From Raillietiella orientalis (lineage: Eukaryota): a DNA stretch of 64,000 nt. Below, piece after piece: positions 39,701 through 51,000 of the stretch. Location: positions 1,178,001-1,242,000 of the forward strand of contig JAYWIR010000032.1 in NCBI GenBank assembly GCA_036172245.1, in the 5' to 3' direction. Positions within the stretch are counted from its first letter, which is position 1. Every line of letters starts with the position of its first letter. The position numbers and the translations under genes were made by a program. The notes beneath the pieces are model-generated. The model was not told the DNA's origin, did not search any database, and saw only the letters and a list, made by a program, of their open reading frames with translations.

Positions 39701-42700
39701 CCCTATACTTCGCCAGAGGGGCCAGCGAAGGGGGTCGGCGGGGCGCCACCGGCAGCAGCTCCGAGACGCGACGCCCATCCTGCCCGCATCCCCCTCTCCC
39801 GCACGCTCGGGGTGACTCTTGAGAGGAAAAAGGGGGGGCGGGTCGAAGGGCCCCCACCGCCACCCTCGTATGCCGTAGCGGCGGGAAGCGGTTCGCGCTG
39901 CCGCGGGGCCGGACGTTGGCGGCGGCGGCGGCTGGAGGACCCGCATTGGCCGAAACCACCTACGGCAGGCCTTGCCTCCTGGAGGCAGCCGCGCGAGGAA
40001 GGCCCAATCAGCGCGCGGTGCGGGTCCACCCAGAGACCTCCGCTGAGCCGCCGCTTCGAGGAGGTGAGCCCCCGCCAGGCGCGCGCGTCTCCCCCCTTTC
40101 CAGTAGGCTCCGCTCGCTCGTCGTGTGCGCGCGCGCTCCGTGTGCCGTCCTCCTTCCCTCGCTCGCTCGCGTGCGGTGCGTGCGCGTGCACGCTGCGCGC
40201 CGGCCTCCTCCTCCACCTCCTCTTCGGCCGTGCCCCGGGGACATGCTCTTCAAGGGGAACAGCTCCAAGCTCGAGAAAGTCATCGTCAAGATACAGGCGG
40301 ACCGCGGGGCGGAGGGTGAGTGGGCGGACGAACGGGCGCGGGACCCTCGGACAGCCCAGACGGAAGAAGGAGACGGGCTGCTGCACCTCCTTTTCCTCCC
40401 TCCGCCGCCACCGCCGTCGCCACCTTCTCCCTTTGGCGCCGGCGGCGGCTTTGCCGGCACCCTTTCCTCCTCCTCCTCTGCCTGCCTTTCTTGAGCCTGG
40501 GACTACAGTCGTGCTTCCTTCCCGCAGATTCCTACGGGACGGATCCATCCCCATGGAAGTCGGACGCCCTGGAGGATAACTCGCTGTCCCCGACGTCATG
40601 TAACACGACCAACAGCTCGTCCGAGGTGGACGCGGAGACCTCGGCGGGTGCCAACGGCGCAGAGGCTGAGGGCGCCTCCTACGCGTGCCAGTTCTGCGAC
40701 AAGGCGTACCCGAAGCTGAGCTTCCTGAAGAAGCACGAGCAGGTAGGCCCGCCCTTCCTCCATGCTGCCTGACCACCTCCACCCTGCCCACCCCCCGCAG
40801 ACCCACGGAGACCAGATGCCCTTCCGGTGCGACTTCTGCCAGAGGCTCTTCAAGCACAAGCGCAGCCGCGACCGGCACATCAAGCTGCACACCGGCGACA
40901 AGAAGTACCGCTGCCCCCACTGCGAGGCCGCCTTCTCACGCAGGTCAGAGGAGTGGAGAGCGCCCGCGAAGGGGGGCTGGATGGGGGGTGGGGACATGGG
41001 TCCTTCGCTCCCCAGTCGCCTCGCGCCGGTTGCTCGGAACTTGCTCTACCGTCCGATTCCCCGGACGGAGGCAAGGCCGAGCACCGCTTTCCCTCCACCG
41101 TGCTCCAGTCGTCCTCCCTCTCTCTCTCTCCCCTTCCCTCCCTCCCTCTTTCCTCTTTCTCTATCCATGGTCACCTCAGCATGCGTCGAGGTCTCCCTGC
41201 TCTCGTGCTGTGGGGAAGCAGGCTAGGCCCCCTTAGGGCGTTTCGGTCTTTTGGCTACCGGCGGACTGCGCCAGCCTCTCCTCGGTCACGTGCGCCTCCC
41301 CCCGACAGCGATAGGGGGTCAGAATGGAAGTCAGGGAGGTCGCCGTTTTTCACTTTTTGCCTCCCCCGCCGCACGCCACCGCCTCGCGATCCTCCTCGCC
41401 TTCTTCCCGCCCCTTCCGGGCCCCGGGGCGGAGCGCATCGGGGCCGGAAGCGGAAGTTCACTCTTTCCCTCTCCCCGTCCAGCGACCACCTGAAGATTCA
41501 CCTGAAGACGCACGACACCCAGAAGCCCTTCCAGTGCAAGGTGTGCAACCGGGGCTACAACACCGCGGCGGCGCTCACCTCCCACGTGCAGAACCACAAG
41601 AAGGAACACGCCAATGGTGGCGGCGGCGGCGGTGGCACCGGCGGCGCCGGAGGCTACCGGTGCCTGGAGTGCCTTGCGGTTTTCAAGAGTCCGGAGGAAC
41701 TGCAGGTAAGGGAAGGTCGAGAAGGCCGACTCCGCGCGCCGCCTCCAGCGCACTCCTCTTCGTCACCTCCTACCCACCCCTCTCCAGGTCCACGGAGTGT
41801 CACATCTGGAGGCTGTCGTCAAGAAAGGCGCCACCCCCGCGGCCACGGCAGACGGGTCTCCCCCAGCGCTACCGCAGCAACAGCAGCAGACGGGGCGAGG
41901 AACGCCGGGCGGCGGCGCCAAGGACCCTTCCGCCGACACCGAGACGGCCACGACGTGCTTCTGCTGCCTCAAGGAATTCTCCTCCCTGCGCGACCTCCGG
42001 GAGCACGTGGACACCTTCCACAGTGAGTGGATCGGGGCGCCCCGCGAGGACCCACGTCTCACGACGAACCCTCCCTTCACGCACGCCCGCGCAGAGGGTG
42101 CCCTACGCCACCACCAGGACGGCAAGGCGCTCCCGTTCGCGGCCGCGGACGCCTTCTTCGGCCGCCGCGCCGCGGGGCACCTGCCCGCGCAGTTCCTGTG
42201 CGACCTCTGCGGAGCAGCCTTCGCGTCGGTTCACGCCATGCAGAAGCACGCGCTGAGCGCCCACGGCTACGCCGGGGGCGCGGCGGCAGCGGCAGCGGCA
42301 GCGGACGCCTACGGGAAGCTCAAGGACCTGGTCATGTGCTCCCACTGCTCCCTCGTCCTTCCCAACGTCTCCGTCCTGGCCGACCACCTGCGGTTCTCCC
42401 ATGCCCCCTCTGTCCCTTTCCCCGCCCCCTTTTCGCCTGCTGCGGCTGCCGCCGCGGCTGCCGCGGCAGCGGCCGCCGCCTCCTTCCTGCACAGGAACGT
42501 CCCGCTGGATCACGTGCTGCTTCCCGGCAGCGACAGCCTGCCGACGGACCTGCGCAAGCGGGAGCGGTGCCCGGAAGCGCGCGACGAACCCTGCGGAAGG
42601 AAGTTCCGCAAGGCGTCCTCCGGGAGCGCCTTCACGGAGGTCAAGGCGTTGCCGGCGACCGATGACGCCTTCCTGTGCAGCCAGTGCAGTGCCTCCTTCG

Positions 42701-44529
42701 CGGACTTCGAATCCTTCAGAGCCCACCTGAAGGCGCACCTGGAACGCGGAGGCGGCGGCGGTGGAGCTCCCTTCGCCTGCGCCGAATGCCACGCGGAGTT
42801 CCCGTCGGAGGAACTGCTGGAAGCGCACGCCGTGGCACACTTCCTGTCTGCGGACCGGGCGTACGACTGCGAGACGTGCGGCAAGGTCTTCGGCAAGCCG
42901 GACGAGCTGCAGAAGCACCTCATGGACATCCACGCGCACCATCTGTACCAGTGCTCCTTCTGCAAGGAGGTGTTCGACTCCAAGGTGTCCATCCAGGTGC
43001 ACTTCGCGGTGAGGCACAGCAAGGAGTGCCGCGTTCTTCACTGCGCCCGCTGCCGTGCCACCTTCCTCTCCGAGCCGGAGTTCCAGCTGCATGTGCGCGC
43101 GGCTCACCTGCGTAGGAGCCCTCCTCCCTACCGCTGCCCCTTCTGCCCGCAGGGGTGCGCCTCCGAGGCCGACCTCCGCGAACACCTGGCCGCCCACCAG
43201 AAGCAGTTTCCGTGTACCGTCTGTGGAGAGGCCTTCCCCGTGCGCTTCCTGCTGGAGAGGCACATGGACACCTGCCACGACGGCAGCGGCGAGGGGACTG
43301 ACGTCAGCCCCGCCACTGGAGACGCCGCCTCCGGAGGAGGCCGCCGGCACCACCACCACCACCACCACCACCACCACCAGCAGCAGCAGCAGCAGCCGGG
43401 AGCCGGGACCAGTAGCACCAGGAACAAGTGCAACATCTGCGACGAGGTGTTCCCGGCGGCGTCCGTCCTGGCGGAGCACAAACTCGTCCACTGCAAGGTC
43501 ACCGCGGGCACTCTGTGCGTCATCTGCCGTGGTGACCTGGGCTCCGAGGAAGACTTCTTCGTGCACCTCCGCAGGCACCACGCGGAGTCCCTGCCCGCCC
43601 CCTGCGTCATCTGCCGGCAGACCCTGCTGTCCGACGTGGAGGCGCACCTGCACGCCCGCTTCCACGTTCGCCTGGGGGGCGGCTCGCCGCCCCTGCAGTG
43701 CCACAAGTGCCGCCGGCGCCGCGACGGCTCCCAGCTCATCCTCAACGGGCTGCGCAACGGCGCGCAGACCTATCTGTGCAGGGGCTGCTTCCGGGAGGAG
43801 AACGGGGGAGGGGGAGGCGCGGCCCTCGACTTCTCGGCCCCGCGGGAGGGTGCTCCGCCTCCGCCGGCACAACCTCCAGAGAGCGATCCCGGCCGATCCC
43901 GCAGGCCTTCGTCCCCTCCTCCTTCCTCCTCCGCACCCCTTCCCTCCACCTCCCCATCGTCCTCCTCCTTCTCCTCCTCCTCATCCCCCTCCTCTCCTCT
44001 TCCTCCTCCGTCTCCGCCACCGCCCGAAAGAGGACTGGAGGCTGCGACGGGAGAGCGCGGTCGGCGCCACGCCTGCCCGCAGCCCGGTACCCAGCGGGAT
44101 CACCGCGCCCAGCGACCGCGCGGTGACGCCTTCGCTTGCACCGAGTGCGGAGCGCGCTTCGGCCCCTGCAAGGACCAGGACGCCCAAGGACTTTCCCTCC
44201 ATGGTGGCGAAGAGAGGCCCCGCGAGTGCCATTCCTGCCTGAAGCGTCTTGTCGGGAAAGAGGGCCGCAAGCCTCCTGCCCACCCGAAGCCCAAGCCTTT
44301 CGCCTGCCCTCAGTGCGGCAGGCGTTTCGCCAGGAAGAGCCAGGCGAAGGAGCACCTGAGGACTCAGCAGTGTCTGGAACGCCCTCGGGCGTCGGTGGAA
44401 CCCTCCCGAGGGCAGGTGCCGGAGGACGATGCGATGGAGAGGAGGAAGAGTCCCGGATCCCCGCTGCCAGAGGCGTTGCTGAGGCCCCGCCCCGACGGCG
44501 TGGCCTTCCGGGCGGTCAGCGAAGGGTGA
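12989..44529 (+). CDS. ZNF423: ZNF423/ZNF521 (Oaz)-like multi-C2H2 zinc-finger transcription factor, long isoform (1120 aa, or 1153 aa with the optional exon)
   Basis: Exons 12989-13028, [17152-17250 optional], 40528-40742, 40801-40943, 41483-41705, 41788-44529. Family-typical fingers: [77 protein letters not shown] count 18 intact C2H2 fingers plus a terminal C2HC finger. Linkage of the distal exon is inferred from its motif and phase. Confidence 0.85.
13670..13850 (+). repeat. Tandem pair of a purine-rich unit, period 94 nt
   Basis: GAAGAGGGATGAGGGATGCTGGAGGTAAGGAGCGG(G/A)TGATGCAGGGAG starts at 13681 and at 13775. Confidence 0.85.
14775..14930 (-). repeat. Inverted, diverged copies of the 13681 unit
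   Basis: The reverse complement of 14821-14868 reads GGAAGAGGGATAATGGATGCCGGAGTGAAGGAGCGAGTGATGCAGGGA, with partial units on either side. Confidence 0.75.
17152..17250 (+). CDS. Candidate 99-nt symmetric (phase 1-1) cassette or recursive-splice exon of the ZNF423-like gene
   Basis: Acceptor ttttcag|, donor GAAG|gtact. Open in frame: (R)[32 protein letters not shown]. High-complexity sequence amid low-complexity DNA. Confidence 0.55.
17664..17735. repeat. (TG)n/(TA)n microsatellite
   Basis: Read directly from the sequence. Confidence 0.9.
22620..23260 (+). repeat. CT-rich degenerate array
   Basis: CCAACTCCATTCCTCC recurs at 22750, 23052 and 23150 within a near-pure pyrimidine tract. Confidence 0.75.
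30680..34285 (+). repeat. Three clusters (30680-31320, 32500-32930, 33992-34285) of a degenerate GA-rich repeat family
   Basis: GGAATGGTGCAGGAGCAAGAAGAAAGCAGG-like cores at 30913, 31148, 32553, 32631, 32833, 34029, 34143. GGATGCAAG(C/T)AG cores at about 30753, 32807, 34004, 34123. Confidence 0.75.
39945..40008. promoter_or_regulatory. Paired CCAAT boxes, candidate proximal promoter of the ZNF423-like gene
   Basis: ATTGG at 39945-39949 and CCAAT at 40004-40008, about 240-300 nt upstream of ATG 40243. Confidence 0.35.
40243..40315 (+). CDS. ZNF423: Proximal alternative first coding exon of the ZNF423-like gene ([24 protein letters not shown]), 1131-aa isoform
   Basis: ATG at 40243, phase-1 donor G|gtgagt at 40316, 212-nt intron to 40528. 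Resembles, from memory, the N-terminus of arthropod ZNF423 homologues; not verified by search. Confidence 0.7.
43348..43395 (+). repeat. Coding (CAC)10(CAG)6, a poly-His/poly-Gln tract in the ZNF423-like protein
   Basis: Read directly; in frame between two zinc fingers. Confidence 0.9.
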
Positions 44530-44806
44530 CTCTCCCCGACCCTCTCTCCTTCGACTTCCGGGAGGCGTCCCGGAGCGGCGACGTCGGGAAGGCGTGGACT
44601 TTCGTCCTCCCTCTCTCCACCTCCCCTCCGCCCCTGCGCGCGCGCCTTCCCGGCCGGTCGGACGCCCCACCAGAAGGCTGTGATTGGACTGGGTGGAGCC
44701 TAGGAAAAAAAATATCCAAAGAACTCTTTTCGAGGGGGCGGGAGGGTCGTCTCCCCTCCACCTCCACTTGACCTCCCTTCCCCCTTCCCCCCTCAAGAAA
44801 AAACAT

Positions 44807-44812
44807 AATAAA
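44807..44812 (+). terminator. Candidate poly(A) signal of the ZNF423-like gene
   Basis: First AATAAA after the stop codon at 44529. Confidence 0.5.
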
Positions 44813-47065
44813 CCACGCGCAGGCATTCACTAAAGACGTCCGTTGGGTCTCGCTGGGGTGGAGAGAGAGGTTGCTGCTCGCATCTCCCGGAAACGACCGG
44901 AACTTTCCGGGAGGCAGGTGGAGACCCTCCATTGCACCCACCTGGCGCCGTGGTCACCGGAAGGGACAGAGATCCCATCTGCCGCTTGCGGGTTTCGCGC
45001 CGGCGCCTTCAGGGCAGGGAGACATGGCCCGCTCCTGCCAGCCAACCGCCCCAAGAGATTGATTGGACCTCTCGCCGCAGACGGATCCCTGGCTGCTGGT
45101 CGTGCGGTCACCGTTTCGTCCCAGGGCTCCCGAAGCGGCTCTCTCCCCTCCTCCGGAGAAAGCAGGCTTCCAGAAGAACATCCTTGAGAGCCACAGCGTC
45201 CACTGGACGGCGGCAGTCGCTTTCACCTTTCCCAGGGCAGCCTCCCCCCGCTTCCTACGCACGCGGGCCTGGATCCTGGGGTCGAAGGCGAGCGGGCAGC
45301 AGTTCTGACAGGTCGAAGGGGGAGGGGGAGATCGAGGTTCGGACTTCATCCCCACTGTGGCCGCCTTGCGCTCGACCGTGAGCGATCGCGCGAGCCGGAC
45401 TCTTTCCTCCTGGGGCTTCCGGAAGTTTCCGCGAGGTCATGCCACGTCTTCGGGTTCGAGACGAGACGCTTCCCCTGCACTGGAAGCCGGTGCGCTCCCC
45501 CTTGAGAGCGGCGGCGGCAACCTCTGGCGCCGCCGTGGAGGAAGCGCAAAGAGAGGAGCATCCACCTAGCCGAAGAGATTCTTTGGCTGCTACCAGCAGC
45601 TCGGCATCCTCCTCCACCGTGTTTCGAAGGGAACCCCCTCGTCATCACTGGCTCTTCGTGGGGGAAGCAGAGCGGGTGCACCGCGTCGTTCGTTCCCTTG
45701 GAGGATCACTATCTTGTTGGGGTCTTTTGAACCCCTCCTCCCAATGACGTGTGCTGCATTTCCGCGCCACCTGCGTCACCACCTCGGTGCGGGGCCGTTG
45801 CCCGGCCCCTGAGAACCTCAGCAGCACTCTCGACTACCACTTCTCTCCCGTTCCTGCTTTCCGGAGAAAAACCATCGTTAGCCGACGGCTGAAACCCTTA
45901 GGATGTGGAGCCCACCCACCTGCAGCGAAGGAACCCAGGAGAACTGCACGGCGGGGCTCCTGAGCACATGCCGCGCTGCTTCCCCTGAGCTCCAGCTTTG
46001 CCCACCCTCCCTTCTTACTGAAACCACAACAGAAGATCCTGTGCTCGAGGGAAAGGGAAAGTCAAGCAGTGGCTGGTCGAGTTTCCCTACGGAAGGCGAT
46101 GCGTCGCCTGGAGTCCTCCAGATCGAGACCGCGGATGAGGCGGAGAGACCAACCTGTCGAAGCGAATGGCTCGTGGGCATTCAGCTCGCAGAAAGAGAAA
46201 TGCGTGGGTGCGTTCGGCGGGATCAAAAGACGCTCTGCGTCTGGAGAAACAGCAGAGCAGATGACGGCGATTCCATCACCCGCAACTCGGTCTGAACAAG
46301 GACGGGGGAAGACTGGCTGGAACTCTGAGAGGCCATCGGATAGCCACGGGAAAGAGGTAAACTCTGACCGACGGAATCGATGTGTCATCATTTCGAAACG
46401 GACGTGTGCTTAGAATCCCCCTTTAAATCTGATCGGCCACGAAAATGGAGCACTCCTCAACCGAAGTGGAAAAGCTTATTTTTTTCCCAGTAACTTCCTC
46501 GAGGGGATTATGAGCGTGCCTGAGCATACATCCTCTGTCTGACTCATAGTGCACACGTGTTAGGAGCGCGAAAGCCGAATTCACTTGCTACAAACTTTTG
46601 CCTGGTGCGCCTCTTCGTCCGGCTGAAGCAAAGTGCGATTAAAGGTCGGCAGGGCGTTTAGCGCAACTGCCTGCCGTCCTGTGGCTTTGGTCAAGATGAA
46701 GATGCCTTTTTAATTATATTGGCATCGGTGAACACGGTCTCACACTTTCGTCAGATTTCGCACAGTTCTTCGCTTTCACACGAATAATTGCAGCTTTTGC
46801 GCAAGTCCTTCAAATCCGGATCTCCCCCATAAAATCAAAGCAGCGAAAAAGCAAACGAAGGCTCTCTCTCCTCGTCGAAAGAGGCCGACACCGCAAGGTT
46901 CCCCTTGCTTTGCACTCACAAAGGCGACCTACGAATTTAAAGGTAAGCGTCTGAATTTTAGGAAACAATCAGCAGCATCTCAATGAAACAATCTGTCACA
47001 ACATATCATCTCCATGTGTGCGGAAGTCAAACAGTAGAAGCCGCTTATTACGTGCTGCAAAGGAA

Positions 47066-47105
<40 letters not shown>

Positions 47106-48040
47106 GAAACACCCTGCAATTTTCTCCCTTACTGCAATTACAGATAGTTGACGCCAAAGAGAGCTCACTTTGCTCGCATTCCAGCTTGAGCATGGTTCTT
47201 CATCAGAAACGCTATTAGGCGGATAAACCCCATTGTAAGTCTTCGAGACCGTTACGTGCCAAAGGAAACGAATGCAGGCTCAGCACTGCACTCCCTATAA
47301 CTCGGTCCTATTCCCCATCTAGAAAAATTGAATCTCTGGTGATTCGCTGCCAATTGCGTTTGATGCAAATTCCCCTCCCCAAGAAAGCAGGTGCTATGGA
47401 AACACTGCTGCAACAAGAAAATCTCAGGATAGCGGAAGGAGACTGCAGGAAAGCAAGGAAGGAAGGGGAGGGGGGGGGGGGGAACAAGTTTATGTGGTTG
47501 AGAGATGAGCGTGATATACCACATCCTTTTCGATTTCTGATCGCTCCGCTCCGAGTGATCCCGAAGAACGCTAACAGGAAGAACTCAGCCAGTTGGGTTC
47601 GATCCTGGAGCCATGCCGATTTCACTGTCGTTGCTCTCCCGGTAGCAAGTGTGCATGTGTGTGCGTGTGGCTTGCATACATTAGGGAAATCCAGGAGGAG
47701 CAGCAGCCCCCCTTCTAAAAAATTCCGAGATTACCGAGGTTGTCGTTCCAGAGAAACCGGGGAGGAGGGGGGGGGGAGAAGTGCAAGACTCGAGCCTCAG
47801 ATGGATATTTTGATTTTTTTTTTTTTCCTGTTAATTTCTTCCTGCGAGGCATCCTGGATACGTATCAGTCCGCCTCTCGATTTCCTAAAAGATCGTGCTC
47901 TTTCCTCGTGTGGGGCTTTTTTTTTTCTTCCTCCGGCGACAGCGTCTTCCCATTTCCGAGGCTGCGGAGGCACCCGAGCACCATGACGTAACTGTGGGTT
48001 CCTCTGGGAGAACGTTCTTGAAAATCAACCCGTGGTTTGA

Positions 48041-51000
48041 ATGCCGCGATCATACCTGTCCGTCTCCAGGCACCTCGGAAAATTCTCCCTGCTCTGGAGG
48101 AACAACAGGAGGAGATCCATATGGTAAGATGGGTGGAAATGGTGTCTGCACGTGAAGGGCTGCTGACGCGTTGCCCCGCCGGTGTTCCACCGAAACGATT
48201 GTGTCGCTCTTGACCCGGAGTTCGTTCGTCCTTGTGACCACCTATGGCTTTAAAAAGCTGCAAAGTTATTTCAAGTTGATGCTTTGAGATGAGAGATGCT
48301 GGTCTTCCCCTAAGGAGTCGTTCAGAGTAATGCTCGTACGAGTTGCCCGAAACAAATGGTTCAAGGGGAGGGTTCTGGAATGGATGCTACTGTGATCATA
48401 CTTTGATGAATTTTTTTTAACCTTTGACCGGTTTTGGCATAACTACTTATCTAGCCTCAAATTCATAGGCCGTGAAATCCTGGAGAAAGAAATAAACAAT
48501 GCATCCCATTCTACCAGTGTTTTGAAATAAGGGCTGCTGCCTTACTTTGGATGTCACCTAGAAGACCCAAACTCAAATAATGACTTTTGTATACCATTCG
48601 TAGTGTATTCTATTATGATATTGTTCTGAATATCCTTTGAGGTTTCTTGCCAAATTCTAAATTCTTACCAAACGGACGACTGATATGTATTTTTTGCCAA
48701 CCCTTGTTATAGGTGTTCTTAGTCACCTGAGCCAGTGAGTGTTTCTTCATTGTATGTATGGCCCAATTCTTCCCTTGCAACTTACAAAAAGAAACTATCG
48801 TTCTCAGTTTGAAACGAGATAACATGCACGAATATTCCCCCCTTTTTTTTTTTTTTTTTTTTCAATGGAAATGCTGGATGTTTTATTTATGGTCCATATA
48901 AGAAAGTTTTCAAACAAATGCCTTCCTGATTAAGGGAGGTGAAAAAATAGGTGACAAGAATGTCTGTTGAACGGCAAATTAAGCTTATAACGTCATGGTA
49001 CTTTTGCACCAAGAAATTTCCTTGGTGTAGAGAACCAATACTTATTTCTTAGTTTTTTGATAAACAGATGATAATATATGGTACTGTGCATGCAAAAATG
49101 GTAGAGTTTTAATATTGGAATGTTAATTTGGGGGGATGCTTTAATAGGCTCAAAGTTCCATTAAAAATAGATTTTGATAGTAGGAGAGTAAAAACATTGT
49201 TGTTGCAAGTTTTTGCTAAGGATGCAACAGCACTGAATTAATTGTCATCACTTTCCCCTTTACAGGTTCAGTAAGTGTATTTGTGTTTTATTTGGAGCTG
49301 CAGTGGTCCTATATTGTTCCCTGCCTTTTGTATTCCGGTATTCTGGATCTGTCAGGAGGTCATTCCTGTTTTCAACATTCTGTAAGTATGGCCTTTTGCA
49401 TATTCATTATATTCTTGTCCTTGTGCAAGTAATCATAGTATAATTTCACTCACCTACAAGACTACATTTGATGATTGGCAATTTGTGGATGCTTGTGTCA
49501 TGGTAAAAGCACAAAACAAAAGTATAAACATGAACAGATGGATAAAATGAAAAATGAATACAAATGATTTAAAGAAAAAAAAAGCCAAAAAAGTTCAGTT
49601 TTCATGAGAAATTGTGTAAGAAATGCATGAAAGGCATTTTAAAATCACATAGTAACAGAGAAGAATTTGCAGGCACATCAGGAATTGTCGAATTTTAAAT
49701 CCGAGGACTTAATTAACTTGTCTGGGCACACAAATACTATTGAGAATTCATTCATTTGGTTGTTTACATTATGCTAGTTTAATCTAACGAATAGTGATCT
49801 ATTGAAAAATGTTCTCTGATGAGTGGGAGCATTCATACCAAGGCTGAGCATTATGAATGCATGAAAAAAAACTGGATCTTGTTTTGTGAATCCTGTCAAT
49901 GTGGCGCACTTAACTCACTTCATTATGGACTAAAAATTTGTGCAATGGATAGGTTGTGTTTTCTGAAGTGCTGTTTTCTGATATTTCAAGATTATTTTAA
50001 GATTGTTTTCAGCTGCAAATCCCAGATGTTTGTCTTGCATGATTCTGTGAAAAAGTGGAAACTTTCAAATATTGAAAAGCCACAAACAATTTGAGATCCA
50101 AAGATGCCAATTAATTTATTAACAAAACTTCATCAGTGTCATGTCATCCATTGTTTTGGTTGCATTTTGATAAGAAAATGCTTCAAAACTTCATCATATG
50201 AGCGTTTCATGACTATTTAGCATTTTCATAACTGTAGCTTTGTTGCATAATCATTTGAAAACATCAGGAACCTCATTTATGAAGTTCATGGCATTCATGA
50301 TCCTTGCCGTTGTTATACATTCGCATCATTTTTTTTATTCCTTTGCCCTTCCAATTCCTTTTTTTTGCAACTGAAGATTCTTGCCTGCCAGAGTTGAGCA
50401 TCTGGGATTCGTATGTGAATTTTTGTGGGCCTGCACGAATGAATGTTACCAAGATTCCTAATTTGCACCATCAACTTGTTGTGCTGCCTTATTGTGTGGT
50501 TTATGGACTTGGTGGTTCCTGTCGAGCGCCCACCCACAGTGTCGAATGTGGTCTCACGGTGCTGTTGTTTCGTGTGCAGGAGTGAGGATGTTAATGTCAA
50601 GCGTGTAAACAGGAGTGAGTGCATCTCGATTCGAAACTTCGAACTGCCTCCACACGCGTCAGTGACGGATTCGGTTAGGCACGCAGAGTCTTGCACTGGT
50701 CACGTCCCGAGGAGGACGTGCAGAACCGCTAAGGACGTCTCTGTCGCCCACTGTCCCCGCTGATGCGGTGCACCAGCAGCGCGCGCCAAAGATTCGGGCT
50801 GATCTCCCCCACAGAACAGGACCTGCCCTGATTTCAAGAATCGCAAGAAGTGCAGGTACCGAATTACTGCTTACGTCGTTTGCAGTGGTACGTTTTCCTA
50901 GTCCAGGTATCCTATCATTCCGTTGCCTCCGACCTGCCGTTTGTTTGTGCTTTTCGTGCTGCGATTCGTAAACGAACTTGCAGATTTCGATACATGAAGT

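Noticed and set aside
10814..39822. Many 300-600 aa ORFs in the GC-rich domain (10814-12370, 24189-25823, 28865-30664 and others)
   Set aside because: Translations of low-complexity GA/CT/GC DNA. Only the short exons listed as features carry motif and splice support.
42103..43872. 589-aa antisense ORF
   Set aside because: Shadow of the high-GC3 zinc-finger exon on the opposite strand.
36703..47104. Long homopolymers (poly-T near 36703, poly-A near 47068) as retro-insertion tails
   Set aside because: No adjacent element body or target-site duplication seen, and such runs are common throughout the window.
49078..49100. Alternative ABHD12 start exon MVLCMQKW
   Set aside because: Phase-compatible, but the donor (gtagag) is weaker and it lacks the basic cluster before the transmembrane helix. 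Not fully excluded.
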